A stretch of 64,000 nt of DNA from an uncultured delta proteobacterium (GTDB lineage: Bacteria; Myxococcota_A; Polyangia; Polyangiales; Polyangiaceae), in NCBI GenBank assembly GCA_963782055.1, contig CAWAIF010000003.1:5664001-5728000 (forward strand), read 5' to 3'. How positions within the stretch are numbered: position 1 is the stretch's first letter; the number at the start of each line of letters is the position of its first letter. Below the pieces are notes generated by a model, which did not search any database, was not told where the DNA came from, and saw nothing but the letters and a program-made list of their open reading frames with translations. Below are positions 47,273-56,348 of this stretch, piece by piece. Both the position numbers and the translations under genes were made by a program.

Positions 47273-48841
47273 TTAGGCCATTTCGGCCCAGGTCTCGAGC
47301 GCGTCGAGGAGGCCCTCGAGGGTATAGCGGGAGGCGGTCACGTCCACCCTCACCCCGCGCGCCTGGGCGGCCTCGGTGGTGATGGGCCCGATGCTCGCCA
47401 CGCACACCCCGCCCAGCAGCTCGGCCGCCCGCGGGCCCAGGGCGTCGCAGAGGTGGCCGACGGTGCTGGCGGAGGTGAAGGTGCAGACGTCCACCTCCCG
47501 GCGCTCCAGCAGCCCGGCGATGCGCGCCAGCTCGGCGTCGGGCGCCGCGTGGGTCTCGTAGGCGGCGACCACGTCCACCAGGCAGCCGGCGGCGCGCAGG
47601 GTGTCCGGCAGGGCCTCGCGGGCCTCCCTGGCGCGGGGGATGAGCACCCGGACCGCCCCCTCCCCCGCTCCACCCCCTCGCTCGCTCCGATCGTTAGCAG
47701 GGAAACGCTGCGCGTCCGGCCCGCCCGGGCGGAGGGCCCCCAGCATGGCCTCGGCGAGGCCTTCCCCCCGGAACTCGCGGGCCATCACGTCCGCCCGGAC
47801 CCCACGCGCCTGCAGCGCCGCCGCCGTGCCCGGCCCGATGGCCGCCAGCCGCGCCCCCCCCAGCGCCCGCGCGTCCAGGCCTTGCCGGTCCAGCTCCTCC
47901 CAGAAGCAGCGGACCCCGTTCTCGCTGGTGAAGGCGACCCAGCCGTAGCCCCGCAGGCCGGCGACCGCCGCGCGCAGGGGCTCGGGGTCCGCGGGCGGTC
48001 CCAGCTCGATGGTCGGGGCCACGATGGGCTCGGCCCCTCGCTCCCGCACCATGGCCGCGGTGCGAGCCCCCTGCGCGCGGGCCCGCGTCAGCAGCACGCG
48101 CTTGCCGAAGAGCGGCCGGGTGTCGAACCAGCGGAGCGCATCGCGGGCGGTGATGCTGTCGCCCACCACCAGCAGCACCGGCCCCGCGCCGAAGTCGGTG
48201 AGGCTGGCTCGCAGCCCGACGAGCGTCCCGGTCACCACCTTCTGCGACGGCAGCGACACGTCCCGCGCGAGGGCGGCCGGCGTCTCGGTGCTGCGACCGT
48301 AGTAGGTCAGGTGCTGCGTGATGGCCTCGACCTGCGAGGCGTCGGTGAGCAGCGCGAGGGTGTCGGTCGCCAGGGAGAGCTTCTTCCAGTCGTGCAGCTC
48401 GTCGGCGTGACGCACCACCGCGATGGCCACGCTGGGCGAGGCGTCGCTGTCGCACACCAGGGCGAGGCCGGTGTAGGCGGCGGCCGCGGTCGGCGCGACG
48501 ACGCCCGCGGTCACCTCCACGTCCAGGCCCGCCTGCCGCACGCCCGCCAGCTCGGTGGCGCCGCCCCGGAAGGCGAAGGGATCGCTGTGGAACACGCGGA
48601 CCACGTGCTTGCCCGCGCGCGCCCGCGCCACCATCGGGGCGACGTTCTGCTCCGGGGGCGTGCCCTGCGCGACGCGCACGCGCTCCGCCCCCGACGGCGC
48701 GTGCTCCAGGACCGCGGGGTGCACCGCCGCGTCGATCAGCACCGCGTCGGCGCGACCGAGCAACTCGGCGCCGCGCAGCGTGAGCAGCCGCGGGTCGCCG
48801 GGACCGGCCCCCACGAAAGACACGCGCCCCTTCGAGCTCAC
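47273..48841 (-). CDS. hemD: Uroporphyrinogen-III C-methyltransferase/synthase fusion (CobA-HemD)
   Basis: VSFVGAGPGDP.LLTLRG; WFD.RPLFGKRVLLTR; FTS.NGV; AAIGPGTA; FTSASTV; SIGPIT. Confidence 0.9.
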   Translation of the reverse strand: MSSKGRVSFVGAGPGDPRLLTLRGAELLGRADAVLIDAAVHPAVLEHAPSGAERVRVAQGTPPEQNVAPMVARARAGKHVVRVFHSDPFAFRGGATELAGVRQAGLDVEVTAGVVAPTAAAAYTGLALVCDSDASPSVAIAVVRHADELHDWKKLSLATDTLALLTDASQVEAITQHLTYYGRSTETPAALARDVSLPSQKVVTGTLVGLRASLTDFGAGPVLLVVGDSITARDALRWFDTRPLFGKRVLLTRARAQGARTAAMVRERGAEPIVAPTIELGPPADPEPLRAAVAGLRGYGWVAFTSENGVRCFWEELDRQGLDARALGGARLAAIGPGTAAALQARGVRADVMAREFRGEGLAEAMLGALRPGGPDAQRFPANDRSERGGGAGEGAVRVLIPRAREAREALPDTLRAAGCLVDVVAAYETHAAPDAELARIAGLLERREVDVCTFTSASTVGHLCDALGPRAAELLGGVCVASIGPITTEAAQARGVRVDVTASRYTLEGLLDALETWAEMA

Positions 48842-48908
48842 GACCCCAGCCTACCACCGCTCGTCTTCTCCCCCGCGCCCTTCAGGGAGACGGGGCCGGC
48901 GGGTGAGG

Positions 48909-49838
48909 TCACTGCGGCGCGCAGGTGGACACGCCGGCGCCGACGATGGACGAGCTGTAGCTGGCGACGACCTTGGCCGTCTTGGTGGCGGGGTCGTAGC
49001 GGACGGTCTGCTGCCCGCCCGGCGTGGTGAAGAACCAGAAGTAGCCGCCCCAGTACGCGAACGCCCACCCCTGGCCCTGGTTGACCGTCGGCAGGTAGTC
49101 GATGCCGACAATCTTGGCGGTGTCCTTGTTGATCTCCGCCACCGCGCTGCCGGAGCCGCCCTGCGGGTTGGCGAAGAACCCGTAGAGACGGCCGTCGCCG
49201 GTGCCGGTGAGCTCGGTGCCGCTGACGGGCGGGTCGAGTGGCCCGATGTACCCGAGCTGGTAGTTGTTCTGCACGTCGACGTAGCCGAGCCCGGGCGTCC
49301 CCGACGAGGCGATGTACAGCCGCTCGTCCGGCCCGCCGCCCAGCGTGGCGAAGCCCATCCCGAAGTTCTGGAAGGGCGACTGCGCGGTGAAGGTCGTCGT
49401 GGCGCAGGAGGCGTCGGCGGTGGAGACCTTGAACAGCTCCCCGTCGCTGTAGAGCACGTACGCGACGCCGGTGCGGTCGACGGCCATCGAGAAGGGCGTC
49501 GCGCCGCCCTGCGCGGGGCACGCGAGCAGGCCGATGACCTTGAAGGTGGCGCTCGGCGGGTAAAAGCTCAGAAGCTCCCGGTTGACGGTCACCACGTAGA
49601 CGAGCGTCGAGTCGGCGTCGGGGCAGTCGTTCTGGTTGGCGTCCTTCTTGGAAGCATCGATGGGCGGGATGGGCACGTCGATGCCCACGTCCTCGCCGGC
49701 GGCGTCCTTCGCGTGATCCGGCGCGGCGTCGGCGACGGGCTGCGTCTCCGGCGCGAGCAGCCCCGTGCGCGCCCCGCACGCCAGGAGCGCCCCTGCCACC
49801 AGAACCGAAGCCAGGCCAAGCCGGGCGGCGCGCCGCAT
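48909..49838 (-). CDS. Hypothetical beta-propeller-like lipoprotein
   Basis: LLACGARTGL lipobox; PFSMAVDR.G.A.V, FGMGF, ELTGTGDGRLYGF, AFAYWGG.FW.FT, IVGAGVSTCAP. Confidence 0.75.
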   Translation of the reverse strand: MRRAARLGLASVLVAGALLACGARTGLLAPETQPVADAAPDHAKDAAGEDVGIDVPIPPIDASKKDANQNDCPDADSTLVYVVTVNRELLSFYPPSATFKVIGLLACPAQGGATPFSMAVDRTGVAYVLYSDGELFKVSTADASCATTTFTAQSPFQNFGMGFATLGGGPDERLYIASSGTPGLGYVDVQNNYQLGYIGPLDPPVSGTELTGTGDGRLYGFFANPQGGSGSAVAEINKDTAKIVGIDYLPTVNQGQGWAFAYWGGYFWFFTTPGGQQTVRYDPATKTAKVVASYSSSIVGAGVSTCAPQ

Positions 49839-49932
49839 GGGCGGAGCTTCACCCGCCGGAGGGCCCCGGGCAAGCAGGAAGGGCCTTCCGGCGCGCGCGA
49901 CCTCCGGCCGGGCTGGTGCTATGTCCAAGGCC

Positions 49933-50922
49933 ATGCCGTTCCCCGTCGAGCGTCCCCGCAGGCTCCGGGCCTCCGCGGCCCTCCGCGCCCTCGTGCGCGA
50001 GACCCGCCTCTCCCCCCGGGACTTCATCCTCCCCCTCTTCTTCCACGCCGGCATCGACGCCCCCCGTCCCATCTCCACCATGCCCGGCGTCTCGCAGCTC
50101 CCGCTATCGGCGGCGGCGCAGACGGCGAAGGACGCCCGCGCCCGCGGCCTGGGCGGCGTCATCCTCTTCGGCCTGCCGACGAAGAAGGACGCCCAGGGCT
50201 CCAGCGCCCTCGACCCTGACGGCCCGGTGCCGCGCGCCGTCAAGGCGATGAAGGACGCCGCGCCGGAGCTGGTGGTCATCACCGACGTGTGCGTCGACGA
50301 GTACACCGATCACGGCCACTGCGGCGTGCTCCACACCCGGCGCGACGGCGTGGTGGAGGTCGACAACGACGCCACCATCGCCATCCTCGGGAAGATGGCC
50401 GTCGTCCACGCCGAGGCCGGCGCCGACATCGTCGCCCCCAGCGACATGATGGACGGCCGCGTCGCCGCCATCCGCGCCGCCCTCGACGCGGCGCGCTTCG
50501 AGTCCACGCCCATCCTCAGCTACGCGGTCAAGTACGCGAGCGGCTTCTACGGTCCCTTCCGCGAGGCGGCAGACTGCGCCCCCAAGTTCGGCGACCGCGC
50601 CGGCTACCAGATGGACCCGGCCAACGGCCGCGAGGCGCTGCGCGAGGCCCGCATCGACGAGGAAGAGGGCGCCGACATGCTCATGGTCAAGCCCGCGCTC
50701 GCCTACCTCGACGTCATCCGCGCGGTGCGCGAGGCGAGCGACCTGCCCCTCTTCGCCTACAACGTCTCCGGCGAGTACTCGATGCTCCACGCCGCGGCGG
50801 CCGCCGGGATGATCGACCTCGACCGCGCGACGCTGGAGGTGCTCACCTCCATCAAGCGCGCCGGCGCCGACGCCATCCTCACCTACCACGCCCTGCGCGC
50901 GACGGAGCTGCTCGGTGGATAG
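49933..50922 (+). CDS. hemB: Porphobilinogen synthase
   Basis: RPRRLR, DVCVDEYTDHGHCG, APSDMMDGR, SY.VKYAS.FYGPFREA, YQMDPAN, MVKP, YNVSGEY. Confidence 0.96.
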   Translation: MPFPVERPRRLRASAALRALVRETRLSPRDFILPLFFHAGIDAPRPISTMPGVSQLPLSAAAQTAKDARARGLGGVILFGLPTKKDAQGSSALDPDGPVPRAVKAMKDAAPELVVITDVCVDEYTDHGHCGVLHTRRDGVVEVDNDATIAILGKMAVVHAEAGADIVAPSDMMDGRVAAIRAALDAARFESTPILSYAVKYASGFYGPFREAADCAPKFGDRAGYQMDPANGREALREARIDEEEGADMLMVKPALAYLDVIRAVREASDLPLFAYNVSGEYSMLHAAAAAGMIDLDRATLEVLTSIKRAGADAILTYHALRATELLGG

Positions 50923-51415
50923 GCGAGCGCGGGGTCTGCTCGCCGGGGCCTCGCTCGTGGCGGGCGCGGCGGCGCTCCTGTCCACCGCCACCCCCGCGTG
51001 CCTGCCCGCGGGTAAGTGCGACGCCTCGTGGTCGGAGTACTGCCTCGACGCCGGCGGCAACTGTCAGGGTCACCTCATCGACGCCTACACCTGGGAGTCC
51101 GGCCCGATCGACGGCGACTTCATGGAGTTCCCGCACGAGCGCAACTGGTTCATGCACCTGCGCGACGGGCGGACCGGCGCGCTCATCGCCGGCCGCAACA
51201 TCGGCGACATCACGGTGCAGCTCAGCGCGGTGCAGCGGCCGAGCGACCCGTACCAGCGCTTCGCCGAGGCGAGCGGCAACCTCACCCAGATCCACCTCGA
51301 CGGCGATCAGGCCCTCGACGCGCTCAACGACACCTGCGCCGATTACTTCGTGCGCGTGCTGGTCCACAACGTCCCCGACGCCGACGCCGGCCCGGCCGAC
51401 GCGGCATCGGAGTGA
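50915..51415 (+). CDS. Hypothetical lipoprotein
   Basis: Signal peptide ending TPAC; WESGP, NDTCADYFVRV; overlaps the hemB stop. Confidence 0.6.
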   Translation: MDRRARGLLAGASLVAGAAALLSTATPACLPAGKCDASWSEYCLDAGGNCQGHLIDAYTWESGPIDGDFMEFPHERNWFMHLRDGRTGALIAGRNIGDITVQLSAVQRPSDPYQRFAEASGNLTQIHLDGDQALDALNDTCADYFVRVLVHNVPDADAGPADAASE

Positions 51416-51430
51416 GCGGAGGAGACCGTC

Positions 51431-51967
51431 ATGGCTCACCCCTGGCACGACATCCCCATCGAGGAGCCGATCGAGGAGGGCTTCCCCGCCTTCATCGAGA
51501 TCCCCAAGGGCTCCAAGGTCAAGTACGAGCTGGACAAGGCCACCGGCCTCTTGAGGGTGGACCGCGTCCTCTTCTCCGCGGTGCACTACCCCGCCAACTA
51601 CGGCTTCATCCCGCGCACCTACTGCGACGACGGCGACCCGCTGGACGTCCTGGTGCTCGGCCAGGAGCCTGTCGTCCCCATGTGCTTGATGCGCGCCCGC
51701 GCCATCGGCGTGATGCAGATGCGCGACGACAAGGGGCTGGACGACAAGGTCATCGCCATCCACCTGGACGACCCGGCGGTCGCCCAGTACACGCACATCC
51801 GGGAGATCCCGCAGCACGTGCTGCGGGAGCTGAGGCGCTTCTTCGAGGACTACAAGATGTTGGAGCGGAAGGAGGTCGTGGTGGACGAGTTCCGCGGTCC
51901 CTTCGAGGCGAACAAGATCCTGCGCGAGGCGATCACCGGCTACCAGAAGCTGCAGCAGAAGAGCTGA
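51431..51967 (+). CDS. ppa: Inorganic pyrophosphatase, family I
   Basis: [52 protein letters not shown]. Confidence 0.96.
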   Translation: MAHPWHDIPIEEPIEEGFPAFIEIPKGSKVKYELDKATGLLRVDRVLFSAVHYPANYGFIPRTYCDDGDPLDVLVLGQEPVVPMCLMRARAIGVMQMRDDKGLDDKVIAIHLDDPAVAQYTHIREIPQHVLRELRRFFEDYKMLERKEVVVDEFRGPFEANKILREAITGYQKLQQKS

Positions 51968-51974
51968 CGGCGGG

Positions 51975-52559
51975 TCACTTCACGCACTTCGCCGCGCACT
52001 TGCGGTAGTGGGCGTCGCACTTGCGGCACGACTTGCCCTCGCACCCCTGCGAGCAGGTGCGCCACGTATCGCCGCAGCCGTCCACGCACATGCTCCCGGG
52101 GGGCGAGCGCATGAGCCCGCCGGCGTCCTCCACGCCCATCCCGGCGTCGGGCATGGCCTGCACGTCGCCGGCGTCCGCCACCGTCCCGCCATCGCCCACG
52201 GGCACGGTGGTCGGCGGCGGAGCGAAGGCGTTGGTGGGCGCCGGCGAGGCGAGCTGATCGCGCTCATCCACCTCCCCAGGCGCCGCGCGCATCATCGCCT
52301 CGTCGGTGGGGAGGTTGGGCGTGGACAGCGCCTGGTAGCGCGAAGCCGCGTAGTCGACGCGGTCGCGTGTCTGGCCGAAGGTGTGGTGATCCTTCCAGTC
52401 CTTCCAGCACGCCGCCTTGCGCGACATCGCCAGCGTGGCCGACTCGTCCAGCGCGTAGCAGTGCTCGAAGCGCGCGTCGTTCTCGTAGATGGCCTGGAAG
52501 CTGGGGCCGCACGCGACGCACCCGGCGGCGAGGAGCGCGAAGCGGAGCGTGCGAGCCAT
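51975..52559 (-). CDS. Hypothetical lipoprotein with Cys-rich C-terminus
   Basis: CVAC lipobox; FEHCYALD; C-terminal CxxxC repeats. Confidence 0.7.
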   Translation of the reverse strand: MARTLRFALLAAGCVACGPSFQAIYENDARFEHCYALDESATLAMSRKAACWKDWKDHHTFGQTRDRVDYAASRYQALSTPNLPTDEAMMRAAPGEVDERDQLASPAPTNAFAPPPTTVPVGDGGTVADAGDVQAMPDAGMGVEDAGGLMRSPPGSMCVDGCGDTWRTCSQGCEGKSCRKCDAHYRKCAAKCVK

Positions 52560-52636
52560 GGCCGGAGTGTCCAGCGCCCACGCCCGCGGCGCAAGGGAGG
52601 CTTTACGCCGCGCGACGGCTTCGCTACCTCCGTGGT

Positions 52637-53233
52637 GTGTTCACCGGTCTCATCGAGGACGTCGGCAAGCTCGCGGCGCGCGCCGCCCGCGGGCCGGGGG
52701 CGCGCCTCACCATCGCCACGCGCCTGGGGCCCCTCGATCCCGGCGAGTCCATCAGCGTGAACGGCGTGTGCCTCACGGTGGACGTCCTCACCGCCCAGGG
52801 CTTCGAGGCGGACGCCTCCGCCGAGACGCTGGACAAGACCACCCTGGGCGAGCTCGCGCCCGGCGCTCGCCTCAACCTGGAGCGGGCGATGGCCGTCGGC
52901 GACCGCCTGGGCGGCCACATCGTCTCCGGCCACGTGGACGGCACCGGGCGGCTGGTCTCGCGCGAGCCGGTGGGAGAGGCGGAGAAGCTGGTCTTCTCTT
53001 TCCCTCCCGAGCTCGGCCGTTTCATCGCCCAGAAGGGCTCGATCGCCGTCAACGGCATCAGCCTGACGGTCAACCACGTGGAGGACGACCGCTTCGACGT
53101 CGTGATCATCCCGCGGACGCAGAAGGAGACCAGCCTGGGCGATGTCTCCCCCGGCGGCAGGGTCAACCTGGAAGTGGACCTGCTCGCGCGCTACCTTCAG
53201 CGCCTCCTCCAGCCGTCCCCCGGCCCGCAGTAG
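52637..53233 (+). CDS. ribE: Riboflavin synthase
   Basis: (M)FTGLIE, GESISVNGVCLTV, NLERAM..GDRLGGH.VSGHVD, KGSIAVNGISLTVN, VNLEVD. Confidence 0.96.
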   Translation: MFTGLIEDVGKLAARAARGPGARLTIATRLGPLDPGESISVNGVCLTVDVLTAQGFEADASAETLDKTTLGELAPGARLNLERAMAVGDRLGGHIVSGHVDGTGRLVSREPVGEAEKLVFSFPPELGRFIAQKGSIAVNGISLTVNHVEDDRFDVVIIPRTQKETSLGDVSPGGRVNLEVDLLARYLQRLLQPSPGPQ

Positions 53234-53248
53234 ATGCATAATACACCC

Positions 53249-54409
53249 ATGACCGGCGCCCTCAGGCTGGACCCCGATCTCACCGCGCGGGTCAACGGCG
53301 CGATCGAGGACGTGCGCGCGGGCAAGATGGTCATCCTGGTCGATGACGAGGACCGGGAGAACGAGGGCGACCTCTGCCTCGCCGCGGAGTTCGTCACGGC
53401 GGAGGGCATCAACTTCATGGCCACGCACGGGCGCGGCCTCATCTGCGTCACGCTCACCGAGGAGCAGGTGGAGCGGCTGGGCCTGCCCATGATGCAGAGC
53501 CCCGGCCGCGGCGGCCCCCCGCTCGGCACCGCCTTCACCGTGAGCGTGGAGGCGCGACACGGTGTGACGACGGGGATCAGCGCGGCCGACCGCGCGTACA
53601 CCACGCGCCTGGCGGCGAGCCCGGTGTGCCGTCCGGAGGACCTGGTGACGCCCGGGCACGTCTTCCCGCTGCGCGCGCGCAAGGGCGGCGTGCTGGTGCG
53701 CACCGGCCAGACGGAGGGCTCGGTGGACCTCGCGCGCCTCGCCGGGCTCACGCCCGCGGGCGTCATCTGCGAGATCATGAACGACGACGGCACCATGGCC
53801 CGCATGCCGGACCTGGAGGTCTTCGCGAAGAAGCACGGCCTGCGCATCCTGACGGTGGCGGACCTCATCCAGTACCGCCTGCAGACGGAGCGGCTCGTCC
53901 GGCGCGTCGCGGAGAAGCGGCTGGTGCTCGACGCCACCGGCACCGAGTGGAGCGCCTACGTCTACGACAACACCCTCGACGACAGGCAGTTCTTCGCGCT
54001 GGTCAAGGGCGACCTCTCCGGCGAGGAGCCCGTGCTCTGCCGCATGCACGGCGGCTCCATCGTGGCCGACCTCTTCTCCTCCACCCGGCGCGAGGGCGGC
54101 CGCCACCTGCGCGAGGCCATCTCGGCGATCGAGGCGGCTGGCCGCGGCATCGTGGTCTACGTGCCGGCGCGCGGCGGGCTCAAGGAGCAGCTCGACGCGC
54201 ACTCCGCGTCCCCGCCGGCCCCGGCCCCGACGGAGGGCGAGCACCCGCTGCGCGAGTTCGGTCTGGGCGCGCAGGTCCTCGGCGACCTGGGCGCCCGCAA
54301 GCTGCGGCTGCTCACCAACAACCCGCGCAAGATCGCCGGCATCCACGGCTTCGGGCTGGAGGTGGTGGGGAGCGTGCCGCTCGTGTCGATGACGACAGGG
54401 GAAGGCTAG
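53249..54409 (+). CDS. ribB: DHBP synthase fused to a degenerate GTP cyclohydrolase II domain (RibBX-like)
   Basis: DDEDRENEGD, TAFTVSV, GVTTGISA.DRA, PGHVFPL, CEIMNDDG; the C-domain keeps LLTNNPRK but lacks the zinc cysteines. Confidence 0.9.
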   Translation: MTGALRLDPDLTARVNGAIEDVRAGKMVILVDDEDRENEGDLCLAAEFVTAEGINFMATHGRGLICVTLTEEQVERLGLPMMQSPGRGGPPLGTAFTVSVEARHGVTTGISAADRAYTTRLAASPVCRPEDLVTPGHVFPLRARKGGVLVRTGQTEGSVDLARLAGLTPAGVICEIMNDDGTMARMPDLEVFAKKHGLRILTVADLIQYRLQTERLVRRVAEKRLVLDATGTEWSAYVYDNTLDDRQFFALVKGDLSGEEPVLCRMHGGSIVADLFSSTRREGGRHLREAISAIEAAGRGIVVYVPARGGLKEQLDAHSASPPAPAPTEGEHPLREFGLGAQVLGDLGARKLRLLTNNPRKIAGIHGFGLEVVGSVPLVSMTTGEG

Positions 54410-54412
54410 GTC

Positions 54413-54847
54413 ATGGGCGCGCGCCGCTCCGGCCGCGAGGCCGCCCTGCAGATGCTCTTCCAGATGGAGGCCTCCGGCGCCGACGCCGAGGAGGTCATCC
54501 GCACCTTCTGGCGGAGCTTCGAGGCAGACCCGGAGGGCAAGCCCTACGCGGACGAGCTGGTGCGCGGCGCCGCCGCCCACCTCGCCGAGCTGGACGCGAC
54601 CATCATCGCGGCCGCCGACAACTGGCGGCTGGAGCGCATGACGCGCCTGGACCGCAACCTGCTGCGGCTCGGCGTCTTCGAGCTCGCGCACCGCGCGGAC
54701 GTGCCGCGCGCGGTGATCCTGGACGAGGCGGTGGAGCTCGCCAAGTCCTTCGGGGCGGAGGGCTCCGGCGCCTTCGTCAACGGCGTGCTCGCGCGCGTGG
54801 CGGACGAGCTGGGTCGCAAGGACTCCGACCGGGGGCCGCGGGTCTGA
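54413..54847 (+). CDS. nusB: Transcription antitermination factor NusB
   Basis: RR.GRE.ALQ.LF, W.LERM..LDRN.LRL, I.EAVELAK.FG...S..FVNGVL. Confidence 0.95.
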   Translation: MGARRSGREAALQMLFQMEASGADAEEVIRTFWRSFEADPEGKPYADELVRGAAAHLAELDATIIAAADNWRLERMTRLDRNLLRLGVFELAHRADVPRAVILDEAVELAKSFGAEGSGAFVNGVLARVADELGRKDSDRGPRV

Positions 54848-55365
54848 TGGAGCTGAAGATCGTCCCGCCCGACCTGCGCCGCCTCGACGAGACGAGCGCG
54901 GAGATCGTCGCGTGCGGCGTCTGGGAAGACCGCTGGCCGATGCGCGGCCTCGCCGGGCTACTCGACTGGCGCCTCGCCGGCCGGCTGAGCGAGCTGGCCA
55001 AGGCGGGCTTCCTCAAGGGCGAGCACGGCGAGGCGCTGCTGGTGCCCGGCCGCCCGCGCGTGCCCTACGAGAAGGTGCTGCTGCTCGGGCTGGGCCCGCG
55101 CTCCGGCTTCGGCGACGGCACCTGCCGGGAGGCGATCCGCCGGCTGCTCGACGCGCTGACGGGGCTGAAGATCCGGCGCGCCGTCGTGGAGATCCCCGGC
55201 CGCTGCGACGGCACGCTGGAGCCGGCGCGCGCGGCGGAGCTGGTGGCGGAGCTGGTCATGGGCTCGGAGGATCAGGACGCGTGGTGGGTGGTGGACAGCG
55301 AGGACGCGGCGAAGGCGATCACCCGCCTCGCGCAGGAAGACCGCCGGCGCTCGCGGAGGGGCTGA
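54847..55365 (+). CDS. Stand-alone M17 peptidase N-terminal (macro-like) domain protein
   Basis: GLAGLLDWRL.GRLS, F.GE.GE.LL, KVLLLGLG; no catalytic M17 domain; TGATG coupling on both sides. Confidence 0.75.
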   Translation: MELKIVPPDLRRLDETSAEIVACGVWEDRWPMRGLAGLLDWRLAGRLSELAKAGFLKGEHGEALLVPGRPRVPYEKVLLLGLGPRSGFGDGTCREAIRRLLDALTGLKIRRAVVEIPGRCDGTLEPARAAELVAELVMGSEDQDAWWVVDSEDAAKAITRLAQEDRRRSRRG

Positions 55366-56237
55366 TGCTGGACCTCGACCCCGCGCGCGAAGGCCCTGCC
55401 CCCGCCCCGGCGGCCACGCTGGTGCTCGTGCGTGACGGGGCGGAGGGCCTGGAGGTCTTCTGCGTGGAGCGCAACAAGAAGAGCCGCTTCCTCGGCGGGG
55501 CGATCGTCTTCCCCGGCGGGCGCCTCGACCCGACCGACGCCGACGCGAGCTGGGCCGCGCTCGGCACCGCGCCGCCCGCCCCCCGCGACGAGCTGGCGGC
55601 GGACGAGGCCGCGCTGCGCGCGCTGTGCGTGACGGCGTGCCGCGAGACGCTGGAGGAGGCGGCGTTGCTGCTCGCCACGGGCGGCGTGCCCGACGCCGAC
55701 GTCGTCGCGCTGCGCGGCGCGCACGCCGCCGATCCCTCCTCGCTGCGCCGCTTCCTGCAGGAGCGCGGGCTGCGGCTGGACCTCGCCGCGCTCCACCCGC
55801 TCGCGCGGTGGGTCACTCCGAGGGTGGAGTCGCGCCGCTTCGACGCGCGCTTCTTCGTCGCGCGCGCGCCGGAGGGCCAGCGCGGCCTGCACGACATGAC
55901 CGAGACGATGGCGAGCTTCTGGGCGACGCCGCGCGCGGTGCTGGGCCGCTTCGACCGCAGCGAGGTGCAGCTCGCGCCACCCACGCACCGCACGCTGGAG
56001 GTCCTGTCGGGCGCGGCGGACGCAGCCGCGGCGCTCGCCCTCGCCGACGCCACGCCCATCCTGCCCATCTGCCCCGAGCTGGTGATGCAAGAGGAGGCAG
56101 GCGGTCAGACCCTCGCGCTGGTGCTGCCGGGCGATCCGGAGCACTCCGTGCGGTCGACGAGGGTCCCCGGCGCGTCCCGCTACGTCCTGCGCGGCGAGCA
56201 CTGGCGCCCATCCTCCGGCCGCACGCCCGACGCGTAG
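55365..56237 (+). CDS. NUDIX hydrolase (NUDT19-like)
   Basis: PAATLVLVRD, VFPGG.LD..D, A.RET.EEA, RWVTP....RRFD.RFF, L.PPT. Confidence 0.88.
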   Translation: MLDLDPAREGPAPAPAATLVLVRDGAEGLEVFCVERNKKSRFLGGAIVFPGGRLDPTDADASWAALGTAPPAPRDELAADEAALRALCVTACRETLEEAALLLATGGVPDADVVALRGAHAADPSSLRRFLQERGLRLDLAALHPLARWVTPRVESRRFDARFFVARAPEGQRGLHDMTETMASFWATPRAVLGRFDRSEVQLAPPTHRTLEVLSGAADAAAALALADATPILPICPELVMQEEAGGQTLALVLPGDPEHSVRSTRVPGASRYVLRGEHWRPSSGRTPDA

Positions 56238-56348
56238 CGGAGGGCCCGCGTGGAGGGGCCCGCCCGACTACGTGGGCGTGGAGGGGCGGGGCGTGCCCCT
56301 CCTACGAACCTGTGTGAGAGGGACGTGAAGGAAGTTCACGTCCTCTCA
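56218..56348 (-). repeat. Structured intergenic repeat family 2, copy b
   Basis: Reverse complement reads TGAGAGGACGTGAA-CTTCC-TTCACGTCCCTCTCA...GGAGGGGCACGCCCCGCCCCTCC...GCTACGCGTCGGGCGTGCGGC; contains the stop codons of both flanking genes. Confidence 0.88.

Noticed and set aside
50281..50325. HemB metal site DVCVDEYTDHGHCG with one Cys replaced by Asp
   Set aside because: This variant occurs in other bacterial porphobilinogen synthases; not novel
52560..52636. Possible FMN riboswitch upstream of ribE
   Set aside because: Only about 77 bp between divergent genes and no RFN consensus visible
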